Source: Proteromonas lacertae (Eukaryota). Taken from it: a stretch of DNA of 64,000 nt. The position numbers and the translations under genes were made by a program. Below are positions 25,609 through 38,067 of the stretch, piece after piece (the stretch's first letter is position 1; the number at the start of each line of letters is the position of its first letter). Where the stretch lies: assembly GCA_002245135.1 (NCBI GenBank), contig NGBS01001170.1, positions 62,001-126,000 on the forward strand. The letters run 5' to 3'. A model generated the notes under the pieces. It did not search any database. It was not told the DNA's origin and saw only the letters and a program-made list of their open reading frames with translations.

Positions 25609-26477
25609 CTATAGTTCTATATTTGGGTTTTTTATTTTTTCTCTATCATCACCTTTATGTTTTGAAGGAATACTATTTCACAATTACAATATATTAATAT
25701 AGATATTTATACTGATATTCATCTTTCAATATTTCGATCATTTCAGATTCACTCTTTTTACACCAATCTTTACAGTCTTTCACTCGACTAGTCCAGAATT
25801 TTTTGCAACTCTCACTAGCATTCATTAGATTCTCTTCGATAAAACATTCCCAATATAAGTGTTTTAAAAAGGCTAAAGCATAATCATGTTTTTCAAAGAT
25901 TTCTAAACATGTCAATATTCGACTTATTCGTAAATAATTATGATAAGAGTGGTTTAAATGATCATATCGACTTTTACTGTTTTCGCTATCATATACAATC
26001 ATCTTTTCTTCATCAATTCTCATTCCATAGAAATCTAACATCACTTTTAAACTTTTGATTAATCGACTCATTGCTTTTTCATCTTTCAATAATTCTGTAA
26101 CATCTTCTTTTCTTAATGGAGGACAATCCCAATTCACACCTCTTTCAAATAGAGGGAATAACCATTGAATATAACCATGCTTACTTTCTAGAGTGTAATA
26201 ATCACCAAACCATTCTTTATGCATCTCTTCTATTAATTTATGATCTGGTCTTGATCTTAATTCGTTTTTATAAAAATACACATTCTATTTTATCATTATT
26301 ATTATATTATATATATATATATACATCTGAAAAATAAGAACTATTATCTTTTACTACCTTTTGTGATTGTTGTAACTCAACAGACTCCTTTGTTAGTCCT
26401 GTTGAAGCTTTTGAATAAACTCCTTTAGAATTAGCACAAAAACAGCAGAAAATATTCCTACATGTTCTTGAAAACAT
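25609..26477 (-). CDS. OGFr conserved-domain protein, second copy with different short terminal exons
   Basis: 195-aa core identical to 20774-21361; N-exon MFSRTCRNIFCCFCANSKG...; C-exon IPSKHKGDDREKIKNPNIEL*. Confidence 0.85.
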
Positions 26478-26584
26478 AATAATAGAAATGATTATCAACA
26501 CAAAACACCACTTCCTAATTATTGATAAAAAAAATGAATAAATATGAAACGGATATAGTTTTTTTAGTTTTCTTTTCAGTTTTC

Positions 26585-28053
26585 ATGTCTAAGACTTCTC
26601 AATTGCTTGAGGAGAACTCAATAATACTTGCAAAATATTGCTATCGTATGAATAATGCGTTTTATGTATAGTAAATGATGAAGATGTTCAAGATATTTAT
26701 GATCTATATAATGATCTGAAAGAATCGTATTTTAACGCTATATATTTTCAATAGATCACATACAGACATGCCAATGATAGAGGATTTTAAATCTTGGTCA
26801 AAATTGCCCATATGTCAATTTACTGAAAAAATATTCGAATATTATAGTATTTATGGTTGATTATTATCATAGATTTACTTCAATTTTCTACCTTTTTCCA
26901 CTTAGTTGTTGTATTTTGCGCATGTCCTTCAGAATTTGTAGTTAGATGTATATGAATGTAGTATATATTTTAACATTTAGATATACTTCGAGCATTTTAT
27001 GGCTCAATTGATCTAAATAACATTCCGTCTAAAACATTAATAGAATTTCAATCGCTAATAGCTGATCCAGATAATACAAATCTAGTGCAAGCATTAGTAC
27101 AGACCAATTTTATAAATACATACGGTAAATATGGAAATAAAGTGAGTGATTACATTAGTTTTTTAGTTACAGATATAAAGTATTGTTTTCTACTAGTATT
27201 ATTTCAAAAACAAATGAGCAAAAGCACACTAGGAGTAGCACAATGGAAAGAAATAAAAAGTCGAAGAAATACAATGATAGACTACTACAATTACATAGAA
27301 AAGTATAAAAAACCACCCAAAGAATCAACAATAAAGAAACTAAGTAGAATATTCAAACGAGAACATAATCCCTATCAATATGATTATAGTTGTGATATAA
27401 ATGAATGGGTATCAATTGAAATGGAATTATTAGATGATTGTATAGTTAAATATCATCATACTATATCAATGCCTGAAAATCCACGTATTAGTTTATTGAA
27501 AAGAACTGGTAGTACTTATACAGTAGAAAGACCATTTATTAAAACATCGTTATTAACAAATGAGAAGTGTGTTTTGATTAATAATATTACGCCTATAGAA
27601 AAAATGGGAATAAAAGAAGAAGAAGAAGAAAAAGAGTATGATGGTAGTATAGTAAATAAATATAATAATACAACTTGTAAATATCCAGAATATTCTCCAA
27701 TTCAATCGAGAAGAAAAAGTTCAGATGATTGTGAAGAGAAAGAAGAAGAAAGTGAATATAATAATAATAAGTATAAAAGTTTTTTAAAAATGAGTGAAAT
27801 GAAAATAGATACATGTATAAATGAAGATAATGAAAGAATGAATATTCCTTTAGTAAAGAGTAATCTAAGTAGACCATCTTTATCTGATTTACCTACACCT
27901 TTAGCTAAACATATATTCTTCAGTAAGAGTAATTCATCCTCTCCTAAGAGTATAGCATTGAAATCTTCAATGAGCCAGTGTCAAATTGCTAGTCAAAAGA
28001 TATCGTTAAGAAGTAAAGAAGTTAATTTGCCTGGTCAAGTGTATAAAGTTTAA
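26585..28053 (+). CDS. Hypothetical multi-exon protein; N-terminus weakly calcineurin-B/EF-hand-like, Ser-rich C-terminus
   Basis: ATG 26585, four short introns leading into the 27085-28053 ORF. Confidence 0.6.
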
Positions 28054-28113
28054 TTTGTATATGTAATGTATTTTCTTTTTCTGTTTAAAGTGTTTGCTAC
28101 TTTGGTATCTCAT

Positions 28114-30394
28114 CTAAAACAAATAATAGTTACATTTGAGCATAATAAATGGATTTTTATACCAATATAATCTTCAATATACGTATTTAGGATGTTTTTC
28201 ATCTTTTTAATTTTAGGGTTATTCAAAATTTTGATAAAAATTCAATTTCGTTATTCTTGTTTTATATTCACATAAAGATGATAATAAAAGTGAATAAAGA
28301 AATTAGAGAAGAGGGGTATATTTTGTATTTATTTTTATGGTAGATTATGTCGAAAATTGGTCGAAAGTGGTTTTGGTGATATAGAAGTGAAGATTAGAGA
28401 TAATCGAATAATGTCAATCAAATCAATTTTAGTGAATGGAAATGAAACAGTAAAGAAACTGTTGTTAGATCGTGAGTTTGTTGGAGTTTTGGAGTTATAT
28501 GAAGAAATCGAAGAAATTGGATATTATGAGATGGAGAAATACTACAGTGGTGGTGAATTGATAATCTGTAAAGAGAGAGTGTGTGAAGTGTTGATGTTTT
28601 GTTTATGTTATTGTGAAAAAGAGATAATAAATGATTGTTATGAATTTGTGAAGAATAATATAGATGATGAAGTATTAATGAAATTAATTCATATATGTAA
28701 TGTATTTGGTGGATGTTTGAGAGAGATAGAAGACTTGAAAAATATGGAAATAGAAAAGCGAGGATATAAATATTTATATAAGAATGAATATTTGTTGAGA
28801 TTAGAAATGAATAATTTGATAGAGATATTAAATATGAGAGATGTGATAATAGTGAATGAGTTATGGTTATTAAATCGATTATTAGAATGGTATAAATTCC
28901 AAAAGAATAAGAAAGAAAATAAAGAGATACAAGATGATTTCAAACATTTGATAGAAGAAGATATCGATAGTGAAAAGATAAAAGAGAAAGAGATAGAAAA
29001 AGAGAATAAAGAAATGTTGAAAGAGATGAAAATAGAATTAAAGAAAAATGAATGTAAAAATCATATAGAAATATATTGTATAAAAGATGAGAGAATTCAA
29101 AATGTAATAATCAATAATTACAATGAAGATAATGATGAAGAAGAATTTAATGAAGAAGAAAGAGGAATATTGGATAAGATGAAAGAAGAAGAATTGAATG
29201 ATGAAATAATGTGTATATTAGAAATGGATAACATAAAAATGACCGAAATAGTATTGATGATAATGAAATATAAGAATATGAAAATGGAAAGTATAAATAG
29301 TAAAAATATATTTAAATAGAATATATCTCAAATATTGAAAAGAGAAATCTATTGGATAGATTATGTATAGAATATAATGAGAATAAAAGAAATCGAACAA
29401 TGAAATGTTTATGTTTATTTGTTGATGATAAAAAGAATATTTCAATAATAGAAGAAGTATGTGGAAAAGAAATTCTTTTTAGAATATTGAATGAAGATAA
29501 TTATTTAAACTCCAAATCTAAAGAAATATTAATTGAATATATAAAAGAGACAGAAATTGAGTTTCGAAGAAGAAGAAGAAATGATAAAAATAATAAAAGA
29601 TAAAGAATTATTGGAAGAACTAAAAACAAAAGAAATCACATCATTTTCATATCCTCAATCAGAATATTTATTTGAAATAAATGAAGAAATGTCAATAATT
29701 CCTTTATGTGATGGAAATCGATGTGAATTTTCAATCAATCCTTCCTTACCTGATGGAATGATGATAGATAAAGAAAATGGAATAATTAATGGAAAAGTGA
29801 ATAGAGTAATCGAAAATAGAGAATATGAAATAAGTTGTAAGAATATTCTAAATGAAAAGAAATTCAAAATATCATTAGAGTTTGAAGAAGGAAAATTCAC
29901 AGAATTAAACAAAAGTTATAGCATATCAATCTCAAATAATGGAAAATTAATAAGTAATTCATATTATGGATGGAGTCATTGTTATTTGAATCTGAAAATG
30001 GAAAATGGAGTTTATCATATCAAATATAAATATTATCAAAATGGAAGTGATTATGATCATATGATGTTAGGATTATCAATTGATAATACATATTCTGGTA
30101 ATAGTATTTATTATCAATCAACAACATATAATTATTGTGCATATAATGGTGAAAGTGTAGATATTACTCCATATTGTTATATTGGAAGAGTTGTTAATTA
30201 AAATCCTAATTTCAATAATCATGGAGATGGTTCAATTTATGAAGTGAATTGTTGATATGAATAAAAGAGAATTTTGGATAAGTCATAATAATTCATCTCC
30301 TATTTTACTTGTTAAAGATTTACCTTATCCATTATATCCATATGCTGTATTAGTATGGGAAAATACTTCAATTGAATTATTATCAGTTTCACAT
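28114..30394 (+). repeat. About 2.3-kb cassette duplicated in inverted orientation at about 46229-48510
   Basis: High nucleotide similarity including about 160 bp upstream of the ATG, starting at ctaaaacaaataatagttacatttgagc. Confidence 0.95.
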
Positions 30395-30403
30395 CAAACC
30401 TAA
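28278..30403 (+). pseudogene. BTB/BACK + Ig-like (He_PIG-like) + SPRY-like protein, copy 1 (frameshifts and a premature stop as assembled)
   Basis: GFGDIEVKI BTB start, IVNELWLLNRLLEW BACK motif, FSINPSLPDGMMIDKENGIING Ig-like motif, SPRY-like GDGSIYEV.VDM...PLYPYA; intron 29291-29319; extra G at 29553, TAA at 30199. Confidence 0.7.
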
Positions 30404-30995
30404 AAAGTGTTTAATATTGTTATTATTTATCTAAGTGTTTAATTTAATTGCTATAGATCTGAGTTAGGCTAACAATAAACTACTAAAATACTAAAAATAT
30501 GATATTTTTATAATCTACTATAATTGTTTTGCATCTAAAAAAATGATTTACCAATCTTATTTGGTCAGTGTTATATATATCGTATAAATGCATTTAAGTA
30601 GCAAGTACAATATTTTATAAATGATAAACTGTTTATAATTGCATTTAGACTATTTTTGGTGAGATTAAGGTTATTAGGTTATATGGTTTAATTTATCTAT
30701 AAAATGATAGCTTATACTATATGCATTTTAAATATGCAATACGTACCCAAAAAATAAAGAAGATAAAAGAAAAAATAGTATAGGCACAAAAAGGACATTT
30801 TTTGTTTCTCTATAATAAAATAATGTGTAAAACAAATGTTTTGTGAATTTTTTGATGGTTGAAATTATTGAAATAAATTGAAAATCGTCTATTGATTTAG
30901 AAAGTAGTCATTACTGCAATTAAAGAATAATAATTATTTTCTATTCTTTCAGTATCAATTAAAACAAACAAACTTTAGAAAAATAATATAATTAA

Positions 30996-32406
30996 TCACT
31001 GTTCCACTCCATACATTATCAAACACTTGTTTAACCTTTCAACTACTCCAGGAGATGCTTTGTTTCCATTCAATTTACAAGTTTTTAAATTCTTTAATTT
31101 GGGAATTTCATTCATCAATTCATTAACACCCACATCATCAATTAAGTTTGATCTTAAATTCAGTACATCCAAATATTTTAAGTTTGATATGTTTGAAGCT
31201 AATTCTTTTGCTCCATTTGATGATATTCCATTATCTTCCATATCTAACATATGTAAATTAGTAAATATTGATAAAACTGATGATAAATCTTTCAATCCTT
31301 CATCTTTAATTGAATTAATTGACAATTTTAAACTCATTAAACTGGTATATCGATTAGCACAAAATGCAAATTTCTTTAAACTGGAAGATTTTAAATTATT
31401 AACTATTTAATATATATATATATATACAACTAACATCTAAATCTTGAAAGAATAAAGAATTTAGATTTTCTGATACTGTGTTAAAACTATCATCATTAAT
31501 TTTATTATAGGCTAAATCAAGAACTAATAACCTCGTCATATATTTCAAACAACTGCTAAATTCTGATAAACTACTAATACCATTCTTATACAATCTCAAT
31601 TTCTTCATATTACTTAAAGATGTAATATTATTGAAATATTTAATATTATCTTCTATTTTATTATCTCCAAAGTTCAATATTTCTAAATGTTTTAATACAC
31701 TGAAAATATCACATAAATGCTTTACACCTGTTGATATATTATTGCTTACCAAATCTAATGATTTCAGATGAGGATTATTCACTAATAATTGACATAATTG
31801 ATGCATTCCTTCATCTCCTATATTATTATATCTCAGATTCAATGTCTTTAAATTATTAATCGTTGGTGCTTTTTCATTTAACAATCTCATTCCAACAGAT
31901 AATAGACAATTATTTAATGTTTGGTTTCCTCCTAAATCTAATACAGCTAAATCAGGAGTTTGACAGAAGTGAACTGCTAATGTTTCAATACCTGGAACTT
32001 GAATATTATTATCTATATTTATATATTATATTAAAATACATCCTAAATAAACTTCTTTTAATTTTGGACAGCTAACAATAATATCTGCAAGTTTATTACA
32101 GCCAATATTTGATATTTTATTCTCTGACAGATTCAACACTTCCATCCTTTTTAAGTTTTTGAAACTTCCACTGATTATTTCAACACCTCTATCACTTATA
32201 CCATTTCCACTGATATTGAAGTATTTTAGATACTGTAAATTTTTAATACAATTAGCGATATAACCAGATCCTTCAATTCCTAATTCATATCCACTAACTG
32301 GATCATTACATATATCCAAATATTCAAGATGGGGAATATATTGAAAATTTTGGGATAACATTTGAGCACCACTTTTTGTAATATTATTTACTATATATAT
32401 AATAAC

Positions 32407-32447
<41 letters not shown>

Positions 32448-34722
32448 CTATATCTAAATGTAGAAGATTAGTCAAATTCCTAATAATATTACACAATGAA
32501 GCTATTCCATCATCTCCAATAATATTCGATCTAACATTAAGATGACTTAATTTTCTCATATTTCCCATAGAGTTACACAATATTCTCATTCCTTCTTCAC
32601 CAATAATATTATCTATATATATATAGTAAATAAAAAGATATAAAATATTATTGTTATACAACTAATATTGATTTCTCTCAAATGTTCTAAGGATGATATA
32701 TTACAGATTGCATCTTTTATTTCATCTTCTTCAATATTGTTACTGGAGAGATTGAGTGATACTAATTGAGTAATATAATGGAAATTGTATGATAATTCTG
32801 TAAGACCTTTATTACCTATATCATTATCTATTAATATAATAATAAATAAAATAATAATAATAATACAATATATAATATCACCAGATAGTGATAATCTTTT
32901 CAAATCACTCAAACAGCTAATAACTGAACATAATTTATGAACTCCATCACTCTTTAGACAATTATTTGATAAATTCAAATCTTGTAAGTGATTACAGTAT
33001 TTGATAATCTCTAAATAATCATCGATTGAATTATTATTAATGGAATTTCCACTTAAATTGAGAGTATTGACTGTAATATCAGTAATATGACTCTTTAATA
33101 AAGTTGAACCACTATGACCAAGTAAATGTCCAGCAAAATATTCATTATATAATTTATCAACATTTTCTAATATATATATATATATATGATTTTATTATTA
33201 TTATATACTATATCTCAATAAAATCAACATAATATTTGGTATTGATGGATTACTTGTTGAATTTAATGTATTTCTCAAGAATAATAGAAAATCTATTAAA
33301 ATAATAATCAATATATTATTATATACTCATATTATCTGACAGTTTCTGAAACACAGGATGACTAGGAGGTAATGTATTTAACATATTTATATAATTATTA
33401 AATGCTTCATTACTACTCATATCAGGATTACTGATTTTTGCACAATAATTGTCAGTATAATTCTGTATTAACTTATTCTGATAAATATCAATAATTTCTG
33501 GTCTTATATCTGGGAAACAAGATAAGCATCTTTCCAATAGATTGAATAAATCAATATTCAAGTTTTTAATAATATTAACATTACCTATGTATTTATTCAT
33601 TACAGCTACATCTTTAATTAATATTTTATTTGTAACAAAATTGTATAATATCATTCCTGTGTTGAATATATCACTTTTATAGTTATAATTAACAACCAAA
33701 CTATCTCTAGATTCAGGAGGATTATAATAAACATCACTATATCTTGTTGTTGTGGGAATTTCAATATCATTAATGATGGAATAATCAGTTAATTTGTATA
33801 TCTTTTCTTTTGAACTATAAAATATTGTATTTGGATTGATATTTCCATGATAATAATTATTATCATTTAATATACTGAGGGATGTAATAATTGAATAGAA
33901 TAATTTCAATATTTCAGTTTCATTTGGTTTGAAATGATATTTTCTATGATGTTTAAATATATCTAATAATGATAAAGATAGGTATTCTTCTACTATTATT
34001 ATTTTACCATCATTTTCAAATACTTCTATTGGCTTGACAAGGTTTGGACATTTTATTACAGATAATCTTTTGAACTACAATGCAATAATAAATATATATA
34101 TATACATAATCTACAGTTAGTCTTTCACTTTTTTCTATCTCTTTAATAATAAACCAAGTATTTTTATCTCCTTCTTTTTGGCCTACATACACTGGGAACA
34201 ATATTCTATTTATAAATCTCTTAGTTATCCTATATTGACCTATTGTTATTGCCGGTTTTACATTCATAAATGGATTGAAAGGTTTCATTGGTGGAATGTC
34301 TTTATCAGGCGGAGCATCGGAATCATAATCATCTGGTTCATCATAATCATCATATTCCTCAGAATCAGGTGAATTTAAATCAGCTGCATTAGGCTCATTG
34401 CCACTTTCTTGTTGGTTAGCAGTTTGACCATCCGTATTGTTATCTTTGTTTGTATTTGACTCCTCTTTATTAGTCTCTGTATTTGAAGAATCAGTTATTT
34501 CTACTTTGATATCTTCGGATTTTACAGGATCTTTACTATCTGTAGGTTTTTCTTTATTCTCTTGACCACTATTTTCTCCATTACTCTCTTGATTCTTTGT
34601 CCCATCTTGTTCTTTAGTCTCAACTACATTTATTTCGTTATTTTTCACTACTTCTTCAGTCGTATCAGGTATATCTTTCTACAAAATATAAGATACTACC
34701 ATACACTGCTAGAACAACCCAT
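30996..34722 (-). CDS. N-acylated pseudokinase + ribonuclease-inhibitor-type LRR protein
   Basis: Start MGCSS (myristoylation/palmitoylation-type), acidic linker, YYHGNINPNTIF / KLTDY / KSDIFNTG kinase remnants, many LxxLxLxxNxIxxxG repeats. Confidence 0.8.
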
Positions 34723-34830
34723 TCTTATAAAATTTTCGTGACAAGCCAAATCAAAATAAATTGTCAAGCAAAAGCTTGTTCATTAACATTTCACATTTTT
34801 CTTTTTTCTATTTGATCCAAGGTTTCATAC

Positions 34831-36058
34831 ATGCTATTTTTCCTCACACTTACACAAGTATAACTGCTATTCTAGTTTTTAATATTTAGTCTTGCAATTT
34901 GAAATGCACTTATTGTGGATCAAGCGATAATTACGATATTGAAGATATAGATATATCATTTTTAGCAACATTAGTTATAATTCTTAATTTTTATAACCAG
35001 AGGAATATGCTGAAGAATTTCATCCTCAAGAAATCGACTTTAATATTGATTTAATCAAAAGATTAACGTATTTCTCATTGTTTAAATTACGTAGATTATG
35101 CAAAGATGAATTAGATATATGTTTTTACGGTGGTGAACCATTATTAAGACCAAAGGTGATATACAAAGTAATGGACATGTTGCCAGACACAACTCAATAC
35201 ATATTACAATCAAACTGCACATTATTAAAAGAAGTAAATTTAGATTATCTTTTTAGATTCAGAACAATAATGTGTTCAATAGATGGAACTCAATATGTAA
35301 CAGATTCAGAAAGAGGTAGTGGAACATATGAAAGAGTAATAAATAACATATATTGGTTAAGACAAATCGGTTATAAAGGTGATATTTGTGCAAGAATGAC
35401 TGTTAGTAAATATGGAAATGTATATGAAAATGTCACTCATTTATTGTCTAAAGGATTGTTCAGTCATGTTCATTGGCAATTGGATATGCTATGGGATAGT
35501 GATATGAATAGTAGATGGGGTGATTTCATAAAGTGGAGAGATGAAAATTATAATCCAAATATCACAAAGTTAATTAACTTATTCTTAGAGAAATGTGAAG
35601 AAGGTGAAGTATTGCCAATTGCCCCATTTCAAGGTATTATTTGGAGTTTATTAAATGGTGAAACAAACTGTGGATTAAGATGTGGTTGTGGTATGGATAC
35701 TTTTTGTATTACTACTGGTGGTAAAATCACATCTTGTCCTATTGCTGATGATTTTGAAGCATTATGTCATTTAACACCAAAATTTAACCCAGAGAAAGTG
35801 AGAAATAAAGATCCTATTGAAGAACCTTGTACTACTTGTGATTATTATGGTTTATGTGGTGGTAGATGTTTGTATACTAATAAGACAAAGTGGTGGGGCG
35901 AAGATGGATTTGCTGAGAGTTGTAAAACAACAAAACATTTGATTGATGAATTAAAGAGAATTCTTCCCAGAATTAGAGAATTGATTGAAAAGGGTGTTGT
36001 TAGAAAAGAATTATTTAATTATCCTGATTATAACAATAGTGTTGAAGTAATTCCTTAA
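34831..36058 (+). CDS. Radical SAM/SPASM enzyme of the archaeal AF0577-like (TIGR04084-type) family
   Basis: Spliced start MLFFLTLTQ|SCNLKCTYCG (CxxxCxxC), FYGGEPLL, SIDG, ARMTV, HVHWQLD, CGCG, CP, CTTC..YGLCGGRC SPASM cysteines, C-terminal NNSVEVIP; three 5' introns. Confidence 0.88.
34953..34996 (+). other. Candidate U12-type intron with AT-AA ends (44 nt)
   Basis: 5' ATATCATT, branch-like TTCTTAAT, 3' TATAA; removal restores DIED ID|PEEYAEEFHPQEIDF. Confidence 0.5.
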
Positions 36059-36639
36059 TTAAATCTTTTTTTGGTCTAATTTTTTTTATAATCATTATAT
36101 CATTATCTTCACCTATGACTATTGTTTATATTTTTAAATTTTAAGAGCTTCCTGAATTCATGTTCTAGTTCCAAATCTCCACATTAATACATAATAATCT
36201 ATCTATTATAAAAATAACTATTTGTTTTAGATTTGCCGAAATATCAATTATTTATGTTTTCATTGGTAGTAATTGATATTGTAAAATACTTAAAAAATGG
36301 TAAAATAAAAATCGAGTTCAAGCCTCTTTCAAGCCTATTTTTTAATATTAATTTAAGTATAAAGAAATTAAAATTATAATATTCTATTCATTTTAAAACC
36401 TTAATTTCGTTTTCTGCTATTGCTATTGACATTTAATATGAAGTATAAACAAACAATGTTAGATATATAGCTGATTAACCAGAACAATACGATATACAAC
36501 CAACGTAACTATTTTTAAAAACTAAGTGTATATTTGTAATATTTCGGGGCTTAAGGTTACGTTTATAACTTCAACGTAATTTAAAACCCATTTATCTCCC
36601 AACGGCGTACAACAAATATAATTAATTGTTATTATTAAG

Positions 36640-37560
36640 ATGAAAGTGTTTTTGGATTATATTAACAAATTACATAATTATCTCACATAATCATAATCAA
36701 TTGTCTTTAAAGCATTTCTAATTGTTATATACATTGTAATTACTTTTCTACTATATTTGATACTTCTCCCTTTTCTTCGCTACATAAAATTATGAGATCA
36801 GCTTTTATATTCTTAAAATAATCAAAAGCACATGATAAGTTGCTATCGTCACGAGTAAGTGTATGTAACTTTTCATATACGTATGTGCAATATCCTCAAG
36901 TTCACTTCTCTTAATAAATCGATCTTAATTAGCAGCTCAGAGTAATTAATAAAGTCTTTAAACATTGTGCTGAAGCTTAACCATCTGGTTAAACATCCTT
37001 TCTGTATCTTGATGTTATGCTTTAACTCTTAGAAGACTACTGCTCTAATAGTTTTGAACTGTTTATGAGCCTTACAATCTCACAACATGAAGAGTATACT
37101 CTTTGATATCTTTCTATTTTGATTATTATTTGCCGAATTATAATATTGAGGATGTGAGCGGTGCAGCCTATAGCTATTACTGGTTTATCTATCATATTTT
37201 GAATAATTCCAGAAAATCATATCATTACTGGACAATTATCTGTCATTGATACACATATCTTTTCAAAACTAATTTTTTCAACAACAGCTAAGTTAGTTTT
37301 TACCATTTTTTCTCTTCAAGTGTGTTAAATGTTAATTTTGCAAAGTTTCGGAGATAGAAAAAGAACATAATAATGGACAGATTAACAAAGAAGATCCTTT
37401 GCATAAATCAGCTTCACATATATTTAAATTATACTTCAAATTTATCAATAACAAATGGAAATATGGTATAGCTGTTACATCCTTGTAGCCATATGTAGAA
37501 CTAATAAATTCATCTAATTAGCAGACATCAAGTTTTTCACTCTTTTTAGAATCATTTAAA
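36640..37560 (-). mobile_element. Degenerate hAT-superfamily DNA transposase relic
   Basis: Minus-strand translation gives SMTDNCPVM (about 37225-37250), IGCTAHILNI (about 37143-37172) and GCLTRWLSFSTM (about 36963-36998) in hAT order, with stops and frameshifts. Confidence 0.75.
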
Positions 37561-38067
37561 TAAGTTATTATACGTAGGATATTTTCAATCCTGATATCAT
37601 ACCGTGATTAGAAATGGTATGTTCAAATTTTGAACTTAAGTTTAAAACGAAACTTTCCTTTATTTGGCGATATTAGGGGTATTTTCAAAAATATTGTATA
37701 AAAATGTTATACAATCATTTAATATTTATAAAAAACATTAACATTCCATCATAACTTTCATATGAATACGGTTTGGTATAATAAGGGATTTTAATGAATC
37801 AACTATATTCTATGATGATATAAGTACTAAAAAAAATTACGTTTAAAATACATAAGTATTAAATCAAAAATATTTAAACTAAAAAGAGGAATTTTACGGA
37901 TAATGTTTAGTTGTGGATAAATTTAGTACATTTACATTATATGCACAATATGCTAATAGTTTCATTTATAGTCTAATTAGCGACTAAAACAACATTTTCA
38001 AAATAAATATATAATTTATCCGTTTCATAAAAAACGTTTTTTCTATTTTTTTAAAATTTGAGAGAAA

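Noticed and set aside
29317..29319. In-frame TAG shared by both BTB copies, suggesting readthrough or an alternative genetic code
   Set aside because: It is the acceptor of a 29-nt intron (29291-29319); TAA, TAG and TGA all end genes normally in this window
36310..36335. LERGLNS on the minus strand resembling the hAT C-terminal ERxFS motif
   Set aside because: Surrounding sequence gives no supporting frame; too weak to extend the element
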